This document shows positions 26,956 to 40,127 of a stretch of 64,000 nucleotides of DNA, one piece after another. Source of the DNA: Rhizodiscina lignyota (taxonomy: Eukaryota). The stretch is from assembly GCA_010015805.1 (NCBI GenBank), contig ML978123.1:2790001-2854000 (forward strand), in the 5' to 3' direction. The translations under genes and the position numbers were made by a program. The number at the start of each line of letters is the position of its first letter. Within the stretch, counting starts at the first letter, position 1. The notes under the pieces are model-generated. The model was not told the DNA's origin. It saw only the letters and a list, made by a program, of their open reading frames with translations, and did no database searches.

Positions 26956-27773
26956 AGAAAAGACGGCGATATTGTTAAAATCAGACTGCGTTGTTACATC
27001 TCGGCGACGAAAGTACGACTGCTCATATGCTCCAAAGTCCATTGTGGGACTCGGTGGCTCCGTGCTTGGACGACATGAGTGGACGGATCGAGACGCAAAT
27101 TTTCGGTTGAGCCAGCTTTAAAGCTGCGTCTATTGCTTTCTTTGGACATGGCAATACCGTAGAAAGAAGCTGGAACGGAGATTATGCAGCAAGGTGTCCT
27201 CAGAGGTCAAGAGATGCGAAATGAGAAGAAACTAAATAGCCAAATGTCCCACCCAGGGTTTAAAGCAAGAATGGGATGAGATATTGGGGCCACGGCATGG
27301 CCTTTGGCTGCTTGAGCATCTGGTCACAGCTACAACTGACATACTTGTAGTATAGTTTTTTGGTATCACTTGTATTTGTAGTGCTCTTCTTATCGTACAT
27401 CCCGGTACCCCATGCTGTCCATTTCCAAATCTAGGTACTGGTGCTCGGCTCACTATCAGCGAGGCCAAACATTTTCATGTTAGTGAGAAGTTGTAAAGTG
27501 AAAGGAATGTGGTATCTTTTTTTAACAAAGGAAGAGAAGTAAACGGCCAGGAGCGCCATTGACGTCCGTCCGCTATGCCGTCATTCAGACATTATGTATG
27601 CTCGCCCACCTATTCAAACCCCGCCGAGTCCCACCAAGAAAAAAAAGAAGGAGAGAGCCATCCGTAACGCCCTGCGCAGTGATATAAGACGCCAAGCGCT
27701 GATGCAGAGTGAGCAAGCTAGCCGACGTTGCTAATGCTGCTGCTGTATGTGCATATACGTGTTCTTCCCAGGT

Positions 27774-30700
27774 TCATCTCAGTGTGCGTTTGCTCATTTC
27801 GTCTTTCAGTCTCATGAATGGCGGCGCCTTCCCCGGGACCTCAGGATCGAGAAACGCGGTCATGGCCTCGCTAAGCTCCTTGAAGTCAACAGGCTTCGTG
27901 ACATATGAGTTGAATCCAGCCTCGACACACTTCGCATATACGTCCCCCAGCACGTTCGCCGAGAGAGCGATTATGGGGAGGCGCTGGTAGTGGTGCTTCC
28001 GCTCCCACTTGCGAATGTCCTTGCATGTCTGGTAGCCGTCTTTATTCGGCATGTGGAGGTCACACTATGTATCTGTTAGAGATAGACCGCAAAGGTCCTT
28101 AATGGAAGGGTAAATTGAACACTCACGAGTATGATGGAATAAGTTCCTGCTGGACTCCCAAACACCTTGTCGGTGCATTGCACCCCATCCATCACTGCGT
28201 CAACCTCTAGCCCTGCTTTTCCTAAGAACTTCAACAAGACCATTTGATTCGTCTTGTTATCCTCAACCAGAAGAACTTTTATTCCCTTCTCACCTAGCCT
28301 TCTCTTCATCTCATCGAACACGTGTTTCTGGCTAACAGCAACCGCTTGCGCACCCTCCAGACTCCTGTCAGTGCTCATTTCCCGCTCCTTCTGAGGGTCG
28401 AATATGACCGCGAACTTCGAAGGCTTTAGCGGCTTGAACACGTAACGCAAGCGCTTTTCTCGCTGCAGCTCGTCGTAGTTGTACTTCGGTGCTAATTCTG
28501 CTACCGCACGCTTCTGAGCCAGGTCTGTTATGACGACTAATTGCGTGTTGCTCTGAACTGTTGATAGTGGTAGTGCTGGATCATCGTCCTTCCCGGGTAG
28601 CCTGAATAGCAGATCCATGAACTGAACGACCTGGTTTGGTACGTGCACAGAAAGCACAACGTGCGTGAACAGGACAGGATCGGCACCAGAGAGCATCTCA
28701 AGAGCCTCTTCGTGGTTTTCACGCGCGGTGATGTTGTGCGGGGTAGTCTTAGGCATGGTCATCTCGATATGCTTGACTGTGGCTTCGCGGCTCCACTGGA
28801 GTGGGCAAACAACCAAGATTGAGAACAACGGCGGTGGCACAGGTGATAGACTGGACAGCGGAGATACCGTCTGCCGCGAAGGTGGTTCAGATAAAGTGCC
28901 TGGTGGACGTAAAGTCTCGTCTGTGTCCGCGGAATTATCTGATCCTTTGGACTGGGACTCATAAGAGTCCATTCGTTCCCCCGGCATGCGTAATGGCATT
29001 GTTGTCCCTTCCCCTTGGACGGACAGAGCCTCCGGCAGGTACGAAGAAACTGATGACCTTTCGGAATGACTGCTCGTCTTTCCAGATCGTGTCGATGGCG
29101 CAGAGCTTCCAGAAGAAACAGATGTATGTCTATCAGCTCCAGGCGAATAGCTATAGCTTCCTGGAGACTCGGTCATCTCCTTCGCATGTGTAGCTAAGGT
29201 TTGTCTTAGCAGACTTTGCGGCGTTGGCGACATCAATGCAGGCGTAGTTGCTACACTTGCGGGCCTGGTAACAGGAGCAACAAGCCCTGGAGTCGGTGGA
29301 GGCAAAGGAGGTCGGTCTTCCTCTGACGGCAAGCTAAATTTGATGGTAAACGTGAAGTTCGAGCCTTTTCCTGGCACACTGCTCGCTTTCATCCTACCGC
29401 CATGTAGCTCAACCAATTGCATCGATATGGCAAGACCTAAGCCGGTACCGCCGTGCTGTCGCGTACTGCTTCCATCGATCTGGCTGAAGCGCTTGAACAA
29501 ATACTCCGCCTCCTTCTCTGTGAAGCCACTCCCTGTATCAATGACCTCAAACTGGACAAGTGCTTCAGTCTGAGATGAGGCTGCGCCTTCACCATCAATA
29601 CGCTGACACCGTACAAAGACCTCGCCAGCATTGGTGAATTTGATTGCATTCCCGATGACGTTGAGCAAAACCTGGCGGATGCGGAACCTGTCGCCCTTGA
29701 CCATCGGTGGCACATTTTCCTCAACTACATAGTTGAGATCCAAGCCTTTGTCGATCGCCATCGCCGATGTAAGGTCATTGACTTCTTCGATCAGGCTCCG
29801 GACATGCAACCAGTCCATGTTGAGATTGATCATACCCGCCTCGACCTTTGAAAGGTCCAGAATGTCATTGATCAAATCCCTCAATCCTTCAGTAGAGCTA
29901 CGAATAATGCTGACGTGCTCCATCTGCTCGGAGGTCAAGTTGCTGTCAATGAGGAAGTTCACCATTCCAGTGATCCCGTTTAGTGGCGTGCGAATCTCGT
30001 GGCTCATATTGCTCAGGAACCTGCTCTTCGCATCCATTGTTTCCTTCAAGGTCTGTTCGAGTAGCTTGTGGTCGTTGATGTCTGTGCATGTTCCGTACCA
30101 AGTTTCATCGTCTGCATCGCTCTGGAGCACCGGATCGGACAGTAAGACGCGAACCAAATGCCACCGATATTTTCCGTCCTTAGACCTGAGTCTAACTTCG
30201 GTGGAATACGACGGACGGCCCTCGGCGTCTCTAGAGACCTTCAAAATCCCTGTGCTTGCCAACTTGGACAGCTTCGCCTGGGGCAAGCTAGATGTGTCGA
30301 CTTCTTGCTGTTCATCCATTCCATTGGGACTTGTCACTGTCTGTGTATCACTACTTCCCTCGTCGCTCGAGCCCTCCTTGGAAGAGCCCTCCCTTCCGCT
30401 TTCCCGTCTAGACATATTTGGCGTCGAGGTCTCTGTTGGCATACTGACCGGGACCTCTCCAGGCTGGCCGTCTTCATCGAAGCTCGGTAGCCTACACTTC
30501 TCCAGATCGTCCGGATGCACGTGCTCGGTGAAGCCAAGGCCACGTGCTTGCTCTTCGCTCTGTCCGCTGTAATTCACCCACTGACTATTGCAGAAGGTCA
30601 CACCATGCTTCCTGCCCACCGCAAACACAATCTGCGGGCTGCTATTTGCTAGCGCACGGTACTTTGCCTCGCTCGCTGCCGTCTCCTGCTGCCTCGCTGC

Positions 30701-33700
30701 GTTCATTTCTGCGATATGTTGCTCATGGAAGTCCATGTTCGTGCCAATCCAGTGCACAATGTTCTGTCGCTTGTCCTTAAGCGGGACAGCCCGAACGTAG
30801 AACCAACGATACTGTCCGTCGAATCTTTGCAGGCGGACTTTGTGACTCAATTGTGAACCTGTGCGTAAGCTTCGCTTCCATAGTTCTATGTGTTCTTTCA
30901 GATCATCTGCATGAATGCTGCGCCAAGGGTCCTGCATGATCTGGCGAGAGTCCTGACCTCGGTAGACCAGATACTTTGAGTTAACCCAGGTGATGGAGCC
31001 ATCCGAAGGCGCCGCCATGAAGACTTGCACAGGAAGTGAATCGATAATGAGGCGAAGAAGACGCTCAGATGGCGGGAGCATGTCGGATGCGTCACCAAGG
31101 GAGGGGCTGCGCATATTGCTTTGCTCTGACGCGTCGCTGTGACGATGGATTGGTATTGGCGCGGTGGAGGCTGGAAGTGTGTTGAAGGATGCCGTAAAGT
31201 CAGCACCAAAAGAATGCAGCTTGGTGTGCTGTTTGCGTTCTGCAGACTGAGGAGCTAATCGTATGGCAGACTTTCTAGGGGAGGTCAGGTCCGCCAAGCG
31301 AGGTGGTGGCGGGCTTCCGCTCCCTTTTCGAGATGCATAAAACGCTGCGGCTTTAACTTCAGTAGACGGTCTGCTAGCAAATGCCTCGTTCGTTGGGGTC
31401 GCAGCGTTTACGTCATCTGTCGGCGACATTGGTCCTGGTCTCTGTGCCGTGAAACGCTGTTCAAGTCTTGGAGAGATTTTCCCAGCCTGTGCTTGCCTTT
31501 GCTTCTGCGCTAAGCCGGAGCCACTTTCAGAACGCGTGAGGGATGATCGTTTCTTTGCGTCAAAGTAACTGTCCACAGAATCTGACCCCGGTAGGTGAGC
31601 AGGTGTATTTGTGACAGAGTTACTGAACACGCTTCTGGGGTCCCAGCCAGGCGTGCCGCCTAGCGAACCTCCAGGGCTTGGACGTGACTGCGCCGAATAG
31701 TCCGATGGGCTGGTTATACTACCAGATACAGAGGCATTGATATCATCAATGTCGATGCGCAACAGGTCTTCCAAACTTTCAGGCTCACTAGGGAGCGGTG
31801 CGAATCCAACGCGCTGGTTTGAAGTGAAGCGTCGATGACGTATGCTAACAGCTTGGTTAAACGTGTTGGTGTAGGCGTTCGCGTTACTATATGTTGTTGC
31901 CAGATGTGGTGCGAGGAGCTTGAGAGACTGTGTGAGGTTCTGCGGATACGGGACTGTCTGGGAAAGGAAGGACACGATGGCTATTGGGGCGCGACGTTCC
32001 ATCTGTAGCGTAGTGTCCGTTGTGTCTGAGCGGTGTTTGCGCCCACCTATAGGTGAATCTCTCCTCTCAAGGGGGGGTAAAATGTGAGACAGCAACGGAT
32101 GGATGAGAGGTACGTGGGTGATAGTACTTGCTCGATCCACGCCGATGGCTTCCACCTGACCAAACTGTGCGTAATTTTGCGGCGTAGTCTCTGTTGGATT
32201 GAAGGACTCCTCCTCAGCATTGGAAGTTGTGAAAAAGGGGTTGTGCTCCGGATCATTTTGAACAGCTGGAGATGGCGCTGGCGACTGCGCCCATGGCGAG
32301 GCAGGGAATTGCTCGTATTCTTCATACGTGGTTGGATTTTTGGCGCGCGAGAAATAATCTCCTTGTGATTTTCCGGCCTTGAGCATCCGACTACCTGACT
32401 TCTTGTCATCGCTTGCGCCATGCTTTCTCATTTGAGGCTTCTCATTTTCAGATTCGGACGGCTCCGCTGACGGAGCTTTCGATGAATTGGTGGTATAGTC
32501 TCGCGTCAGAGTCACCAGTTTTGCCCTCTCCAACACTTTGTTAACACCAGCACTATCCAGCAAAGGATCGATCTCAGTGTCCAAAGCCCGAAGGGCAGGA
32601 AATACGGCTTCACGGAGGCTCGGCTCTGGCTTGTCGGCAACTTCTGAAAACTCTTGGTCACTGGGGGATTGACTTATAAGCTGCCGTAAAGGATGGGGAG
32701 CAGTGAGAGGATTCGTAGGAGACGAGTCCCATTCTCTTTTATCAGCTTTGGAAGGCGTCTGTGGTGCGTGGCTAACCGTGCGCGATGGCCCACGAGGTCG
32801 GGTGGCTCGACCGCCCGAAGGTTGTTCTAACGGTGTTGAAAAATCCTTTCTGTCACGCTCGAAACCGGCGTACGAATGTCGAGCAACAAGGTTGGGTCGT
32901 GCGGACGGAGTAGACTTCAAATGCGAAGTGAATGGTTTCTCAGAGTCGTCCTTTTTGCGCAAGGGCAAGTCATGCTGCGCTGTCCGTGGCTTCTCCATTG
33001 GTGCCTCGGGAGAAACGTTGTCCTCGCCGCAGGCATTGTACGTAGCTTTCTGGCCCCATGGCACGTTTTCCAACTCTGTGCTGTCTGCAGGAACAGCCAA
33101 AGTCGCCCTCTCTGCTCCATACCAGTCCCGCAGAACGTTCACGACCACAGCCCACCATGCATCTAATCCAGGCTCCGAGTTCAGAGCTAAACAGATATCG
33201 TAGAGACTGGGTGTAGGATATTGCTCGTCTCCACTACCCTGATCTGATGCTTTGCCACCGCCGGGCAGGAAAGTAGCTGCCGAGGCGGCCGGTGTGCTTG
33301 GCCCAGAAACGCTGTGCTCCTGTGGCGTCGATACGTCTCTAACATTCATAGAGGACACTGTAGGTGACAGATTTGTAAAAGGTTGGTGAAAGTTTGAGGA
33401 CCACGTGCGTGGCGTGCCAGGAACATACGGGAAGGGATATGACGGGGTGCGGAGCGCAGCAATTCCAGGTGTCGGCGGCATGCTGCCCCTAATTGTCCTT
33501 GCAGAGGACTCTGTCGACTCTGTCGATGCTGTCTTGGCACCTGCGGTCAACGGACTCGCGAAACTATCCTCGAGCGTTGGCGATATGCCCGGTGGCGGCT
33601 CCTCTTTTATTGGAGATATCCTTCTCGACGCAATACTTCCACCTGGACTCGTTGCCTGCCTGCCGCCAGTCTTCCCTTGTTTTGATCGTTGTTGAGAGAG

Positions 33701-34090
33701 TAAAACCGCTTCCCTTAATCTCTCCAGTCTCAGCTCTTCCGCGGACGGCTTCTGGCTGCCATCGGGTCTCCGATCTCTCACGCCGTCGCCACCCAGTGCG
33801 CCTTCCTCGTGCTCTTCCAAACTGTTCTGGTCCGAATCGGCGCCGCTATCGTCCCGTGCCATCTCTGTCTGGACATGTCCGGATCCTCGATTGGGTTGAA
33901 GTGAGGGTCTAGTACTGTCATAACGAGTGGGAGTGTCCGATCGGGGTTGTTGTTCTGTGGCCGATCGCTCCGCGGCGTCGGGTGCCTTTTCACTCGTGTG
34001 CACGCCTGATTTCTCTGCGTCGCGAGTCTGCCGGACGGCGGGCGATTGGTTCTGTGAAGGTGAGGGCGATGGTGGTAGTTGCGCTCTCAT
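27774..34090 (-). CDS. PAS-PAS hybrid histidine kinase with long low-complexity N-terminus (probably group V / Mak1-like)
   Basis: Two PAS/PAC repeats (IHADD...DGQYRWF; VHPDD...DGKYRWH), H-box FLSNMSHEIRTPLNGITG, N-box NVIGNAIKFT, GGTGLGL, receiver IILCDLHMP across intron 28126-28065. Group assignment is inferred from architecture. Confidence 0.93.
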
Positions 34091-35324
34091 GTCGTGGTCA
34101 AATCCCCCTGCGCTCGTCTCCTCTTAGGCACATGAATACCACACACGAGTGTCGTATACGATCGCACGAACAGACCAAACGAACGATGACCGCATGAGCT
34201 ATGCAAACGCCTTGGCGGTATAGCAATGTAGGTGTAGCATTAAAAGTCTGGGTCTGAGTGCGGCTCTGTCCTGAGCCGTGCTGGCAGGACGGCGGTCGGC
34301 TGACGGTACGTATGATGACGTCGAAGGCGAGGCGAGGGAGAAGAGGACGGGACTTGCGTGCGCTCGCAGGGTCTGTGGAGCATGAAAACTCCAACTTTGA
34401 CGACAATGGAACAGAGGCTCTTGGGCAGCGCAATAGGTATACCCGAGAGCGTGTCCGGCTATGCAGAGCTTCAGGGCGGGCAAGTTTGAGGTTGTGTGCG
34501 CGTGGAGGGAGAAAAGTTGGGGCGTGCTTCAAGCGGCTCACACAGCAACGCAAGGTTTGTTTTGCAGGCGCGATGCGTGCGCCACAACCAGCAAATCGCT
34601 AGGCACTGTGGTTGTTTCGTCTGGGAATTGGCTTGACTCGGTGCTGCTCGCTGGCACTTGCGTTGCGGAGTTGCAAACGCCAGGCGTGATGCGTTCCTCG
34701 TTCCCATTCGACCAGCGCTGCCCCTTGATCGCAGCTGCGCCTATGACGTAGCCTATCTTTCCGCGCTAAGCCCGACTCGGCATTCGCCGCGGTGTCCACA
34801 GCCCGCACGTCCAGTGCTCAGAGCAGTGGCACCGACCCGCCCTGCGGTACAACCATGCCCCCTTGTGCACCTACGTTATGCTCACTCTCGTTCCCAGTAC
34901 CCTTAATCCTCCCCCGCCACGCTGTATAAGATTCAACGTACGGACCGCTGTGCTCCTGATGACTGCCGAAGCCTCGCGCAATGCAGATTATCCGACCCTG
35001 CAGAGCCACCCCCAGCACGCCTTTGCCGGATTTGCACGAGCGTCAGGGGGCTCGCACTCGCTCTGCTGTACATGAAGCTACCATGCTGGAGGTAGTATCC
35101 TTAGCCTAATCGAGGAGGCGTTCCACAAATCATCTATTTAATTATTCACTAATTCGCCCCACGGCAGAACATCCTCGAGGGTCTCCATCTCCGTCGAGAG
35201 CTTGAAATGGTGATGACAATAAGACTGCAAGTGCATTGCTCCTAGACTATCGAAGAGTAGGTACTATTGGAAGCACTCAATCGATTCTATGTGGATTGAA
35301 AAAGTCCAGCCAATTCTTTGTCGA

Positions 35325-36087
35325 CTAAGCACGTTTCTTCTCTACCACGTTGGCTGCGAGTTTTCCTTTTTGCGACTGAGCGACTTTGAAGACTTCTGCT
35401 ATTTCCTTCATGCTTGTGGCGATGCAATCTGCAACTTCCGCGTGAGTTTCTGTACACAAGTTGTTATTTCATCTTAGACTTACACGCTGGAATGATGATC
35501 CAGAAAGCATTCATGCCCATAAAGTAGCCCCAGAAATACAAGGCTTCCGGCCGCGAATACTCCACACTCTTTTCCGCGTGCTCCACTAGCACCGTAGCGA
35601 AATACAAAAGGTCGCCATAGAACTGCCCCACGCTCACGAGCATTTGCAGTGGATGCCTCCACGGGCTGTTTATAAGAATGAACCATGCCTCTACAAGGCA
35701 GAGTGGGCCCCAAGCGAAAGCCGTCACGGTCTCCATGCTCACAATGAAACTATCACCGGTCATGTACCGCGAGTCACACTTGGAATACTCTTTCCATCCT
35801 TGGCCAAGGTAATCGGTCAGAGTGGGCATGCGGGTGTGGTTGACAGAGAAGTAGCCTTCGATGATCAAGTGGATGAAGCCCGACAGCACGAACCAGATTA
35901 ACAAAGCCTGATCACGCCGAGAGAGATGTGGGTTCAGAGATTGGTTGAGCTGTCGAGTGAGGGTGAAAAGAGTAACGAGACAGCCGCCGAAGACGCCAAA
36001 AATGGCAGACATGGACCAGTCGTTGGCAATGTATCCGGTGAGCGAGGTGCCCAAAGGATAGAAGGGGTGGTGAGGAACGGAGTCCAT
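35325..36087 (-). CDS. EBP: Emopamil-binding-protein-type sterol delta8-delta7 isomerase
   Basis: WFVLSGFIHLIIEGYF, WKEYSKCDSRY, METVTAFAWGPL, GQFYGDLLYFAT. Intron 35483-35429; last exon ends KKRA*, a KKXX ER-retrieval signal. Confidence 0.9.
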
Positions 36088-36760
36088 GATTATTGTGTCC
36101 AAGATGTACCAACAGAATCTAGAGGCAATGGAGAGAGACAAGCGGACTTTGTGGTTCAGAGAGACGTGGGAAATATCATCTCAATGGTGAGACGGAGTGG
36201 AATTTGATACATAAGTAGAGTACAGGCTCGGAAGCGGAAAGTCGCTCTGCTGCATGTCCCCTGCATCGTACGAGCATACCTGCATGCATCGTAACGGCAG
36301 ATCGGACACATTTACTACATCATTTTCATCTTTAATTAATATCTATCCAAGTGCCTTAAAGGCCTGTATGACACCTCGGAAAATCCTCGTATCCTCGCGT
36401 TATATCAGGAACACGATGCTTTGCTTCCGTGTGCAACGACAACCGAACGCTGTTGCCCGGAACAGGGGTACCCACGCCTCGTCGCGGGGCAGCCCTGGCC
36501 GCTCATTGGAGCGCGGACTCTCACAACATCGACAACCTCAGCTTCAAGCTCTCAGGGACAACTCATCTCTCAGTGTTGCGATGAAACCCGGCGTGCCTCT
36601 CACGCTCGATTTGGACGCGAGAGGCGCTTTCCACACCTTGTCCTCCTCCTCCCACAGCTCTTAGCTTCACATTTTCCACCTCGACTCTCCTGCGACAGTC
36701 TTGTCCCTCGTCGAACAGGATAGAGCGCACCTCTGTACCTGAGACCAGCCGAGCGTCAAG

Positions 36761-38150
36761 ATGGCGTTCCTTTTCCGCAATAAGACCAACTCTCCTCCAC
36801 AACTGGCAAAGCATTTGAGCGAGTCTTTGCAAAAGCTGCTAGCAGAGGAGCAGCCTTCACAAAAGGTTCAACTGCACCTTGCTGATCATCCCGTCCGTCA
36901 AGATGGTCTGACTGATAGCTACAGGCTAACGAATTGTGCGCCAATTATCTATCTCAGATGAAGATATTGATGCAAGGGACACCAGGTTGGTTATAAATGA
37001 TCCATGCTTCTCGACTAGATACTTACTTTATTTCAGAAATACAAGTCGAGCCGGAGCAAGTCTTCCAGTGTATCCAAGCGCTTGTACAAGAAAACCTCAT
37101 CCGTACTCTCGCCAGAAACATCCACCGCCTCCCTTTCGAAGCGCGTAAAGACACTCAGTTCATCTTCGGCACCGCCTTCCGCTACAAGCACCCTGGCAGC
37201 GTCACACCAGAGCCTGATGTCCTCCGCTTCATCCTGGAGCAACAACCCGATGTAATAATTGCTCTCTGCAATGGGTATATGCATCGCGAGAGTGCGTCGC
37301 CATGCGGAAGCATACTTCGGGAAGCTCTTAAGCACGAGGCGGTCGCTCATCTGATATTGTACGATGGACAAGCAGAGGACGAGCGCATGCTGAATCTAAG
37401 TTCCGAGGTGACGAGTGAGCCAGCAAAGAGGAACGGAGTGTTCTGGAGATTCTTTGATTGGATTGATAAGAGCGCATTCGAAATAAGTTCAGATGCGTTC
37501 AATACCTTCAGAGTAGGCGCATGTCCGGACGTGGCCCTTTGCAGAGAACTGACACACATAGGATATCCTCACGAAGCATAGAGACCTCGTTCTGGAATTT
37601 CTCGACTTGAACTTTGATGACTTTTTCCGGACATACCATTACAAACTCATCGCATCTGACAACTATGTTACTAAGCGCCAGTCTATCAAGCTGCTCGGAG
37701 AAATTCTACTCGAGCGCGCCTACTACAAGATCATGTCGCGCTATGTCGCCGAACCTGAGCACCTCAAGATCATCATGAATCTCATGCGCGACAAGGCGGG
37801 AATGATCAAGTTCGAATCGTTTCACGTGTTTAAAGTAAGCCGGATTTCTTCATCTTATCCCTTCTCTTGATTAAATTGATATTTGGCATCATCTTACCAC
37901 GTTATAGATCTTCGTTGCGAATCCAAAAAAGTCTGTTGGAGTCCAAAAGATCCTGATACTCAACCGCCAGGCGCTCTTGAAGTATCTAACTACCTTTTGC
38001 GAGGACAAGAACGAGGACGTCCAGTTTACGGATGAGAAAGGATACCTGATACAACAACTGCGAAATATGCCAGAGCGGCCGGTACCGCCTCCCACGCCGG
38101 CACCTTCGGCAGCCCCAGCAGCTCCCGCTCCTCAGGCTGTCCAAAGATGA
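36761..38150 (+). CDS. hymA: MO25/Hym1-family scaffold (conidiophore development protein HymA)
   Basis: LPFEARKDTQFIF, CGSILREALKHE, FEISSDAFNTFR, NYVTKRQSIKLLGEILL, FESFHVFK-IFVANP, QFTDEK. Several short introns; TGA at 38148-38150. Confidence 0.93.
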
Positions 38151-38451
38151 GGCGAGTGGATTTCATCTTGCATATGGAGCATGGGAGTTTGAAGAAGGGC
38201 TCCAACGAAAGCATGAGTCGGCGTTATAGCTCTCAATGGTGAGGCTTGATTACACATATGATTACACAGCGATTGCAGCATACTTTGTCGACTCTTAGCA
38301 ATTTCAATATGGAAGACACGAGAATCAAGAGGGTTTCAAAAATACCCATTACCCCTGGATATATGCCACATCTCTTCTCAAGTTCCAACGTTGATTTCGC
38401 TCTTTTCATTGCCTTGCTTCTCGTCATAGACTCGTCCGCTCCTTATCTCTT

Positions 38452-39720
38452 CTCAAGGATGACGAAGTAGCTGACTGCCGGGCAAGCTGTAACGCCAAAA
38501 GGCGACCAGTTCTTTCACTTCAAGATACACAAGACGATTCCTGAAAGCTCAATTATACGTCCTTTGGAGTATATATCTCCAACTTGTACGGGCAGATTGA
38601 GTCTTCCTTTCGTGTAGTACACTTCTCCGGTTCCCAAGTTGCGTGTAGCCGTCGAACTTCAACTCGATTTTAAGTAGGTGCTCAAATTGTTACTTACACA
38701 CATAGATCGAATATTGCTCCGTGTCTTATCCCTTCTCGAGGACGACAGAACCCTTGGCCACCAGCCAAGCTGTAATGCCCAAGGTCGAGCAGTTCCTGCA
38801 CTTCAAGGCACGTGATAGTATATCTGAAAGCTTGGTCATACGTTCTTTAGAGTGCATAGCTTCAACTTGTACATGCAAGTTGAGTATTGCTTTGGTTCAA
38901 TACACTTATCAGACTCTCAGCTTGCGTGTGGTTGTCGAGCTTCAATTCGGTTGTATGCAGGCGTTCAAGTTACACTATACACACATGTCGAGTATTACAT
39001 TCATTTAATACGCTTCTCCGATTCCTAGCTTGCCTGTAGGCGTCGAGCTTCAATTCGACTTTATGCAGGTACTCAACTTATTACTTACACACATAGATCG
39101 AGTATAGCCACGTTGTCTTTCTTGAGCGAGCTCTCCATTGGTCCACAGGTTTCTGCCTTGTCGGTGCGCAGCTCTCAATCCATCTCGGACATATGGAGAC
39201 ACAGAATAGCTGGTCGTCGGGCAAACTGTAATGGCAAAGGATGAGCAATTATTGTACTTCAAGGTACGCGAGACTATCTCTGAAAGCCCAGTTACATGTT
39301 CTTCGGAGTAGCTGTACAAATAGTACACCGATGAAAGATCTGTATGCTTTGTTGGTTGCACAGGCTACACGCTGTTGCTGTGCAGTGTCTCGGAAACTAC
39401 GGCCAACTCTTTTGGCACTCTCGAGCTCTTATATAATCCCAATTAACTGAAGGAGGACTGTAATGATGAGTTTTGGTCGTAAAAGCGAATGAGAGCACCT
39501 CCGAAAGCTCCGTTTAATATGTTCCACACAGTATGTAGTAACAAGGTGCAGTTTCTGCGTGTGTGGCCTGTATTGACTGACGAGTTTGTACATCCATCAT
39601 ACAGGCAGTCCCGTATGCTGTAGGTATTAGTTGTTTGGCCCCCTGACCGGATATAGCGCCAACATGTCTGCCTCGGTGCTCGTTCTCCTGAGGGTGACAA
39701 ATAGCTATCCTTGATGAAAG
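38452..39720. repeat. Tandem, rearranged array of degenerate copies of the MITE-like family
   Basis: Units start ctcaaggatgacgaa (38452) and ctcgaggacgacaga (38735). A near-complete copy at ~39190-39425 ends ttttggcactctcgag. Another partial follows from ~39444, and a terminus gagggtgacaaatag lies at 39690. Shared core caagctgtaa...cacttcaag...ctgaaagc. A second module (gtcgagcttcaattcg...acacacat) occurs three times. Confidence 0.75.
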
Positions 39721-39922
39721 TCAGAAGTGTGTAGTGTAAATAGGGACATACTCTCCAAGCGAAATGCGTGGCTTACTACAAGTTCAGTGTAATGTACACC
39801 AGCTGTTGTTTGTTAAGATTGCATGACTTCACTAAGCAAAAGTGGTCTTAATAAAAGAGTATACGTCTCAGCGGTTGGACGGACAAAGAGAAATAAACAT
39901 TTCTACGTAAGGGTATCATGCT

Positions 39923-40076
39923 GCACCGAATCCTCAGCCGGCCTCTCCTCGATCGGTTCCCTGTGGGATATCCACCGATCGAGGGCTTCCAGCCAATAAA
40001 GGCTGATCTCCACTCAATCAATGGATATCCCACATATGTAGAACCGACGAAGAGCTTCCAGCCGAGTATTCGGTGC
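39923..40076 (-). other. 154-nt imperfect fold-back hairpin ~50 nt downstream of the basic-protein gene stop
   Basis: Arms gcaccgaat/attcggtgc, tcggttc/gaaccga, tgtgggatatcca/tggatatcccaca and cagcc/ggctg around a 6-nt loop. Confidence 0.8.
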
Positions 40077-40127
40077 CAAACTTTTGTAAAAAGCAAACAA
40101 ACAAACAAAACAAAACAAAACAAACGC

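Noticed and set aside
29733..30572. 279-aa plus-strand ORF
   Set aside because: Antisense shadow of the PAS histidine kinase coding region.
38452..39720. Repeat array considered as CRISPR-like
   Set aside because: Units are long and degenerate, there are no constant short repeats with unique spacers, there are no cas genes, and the units match the TIR family.
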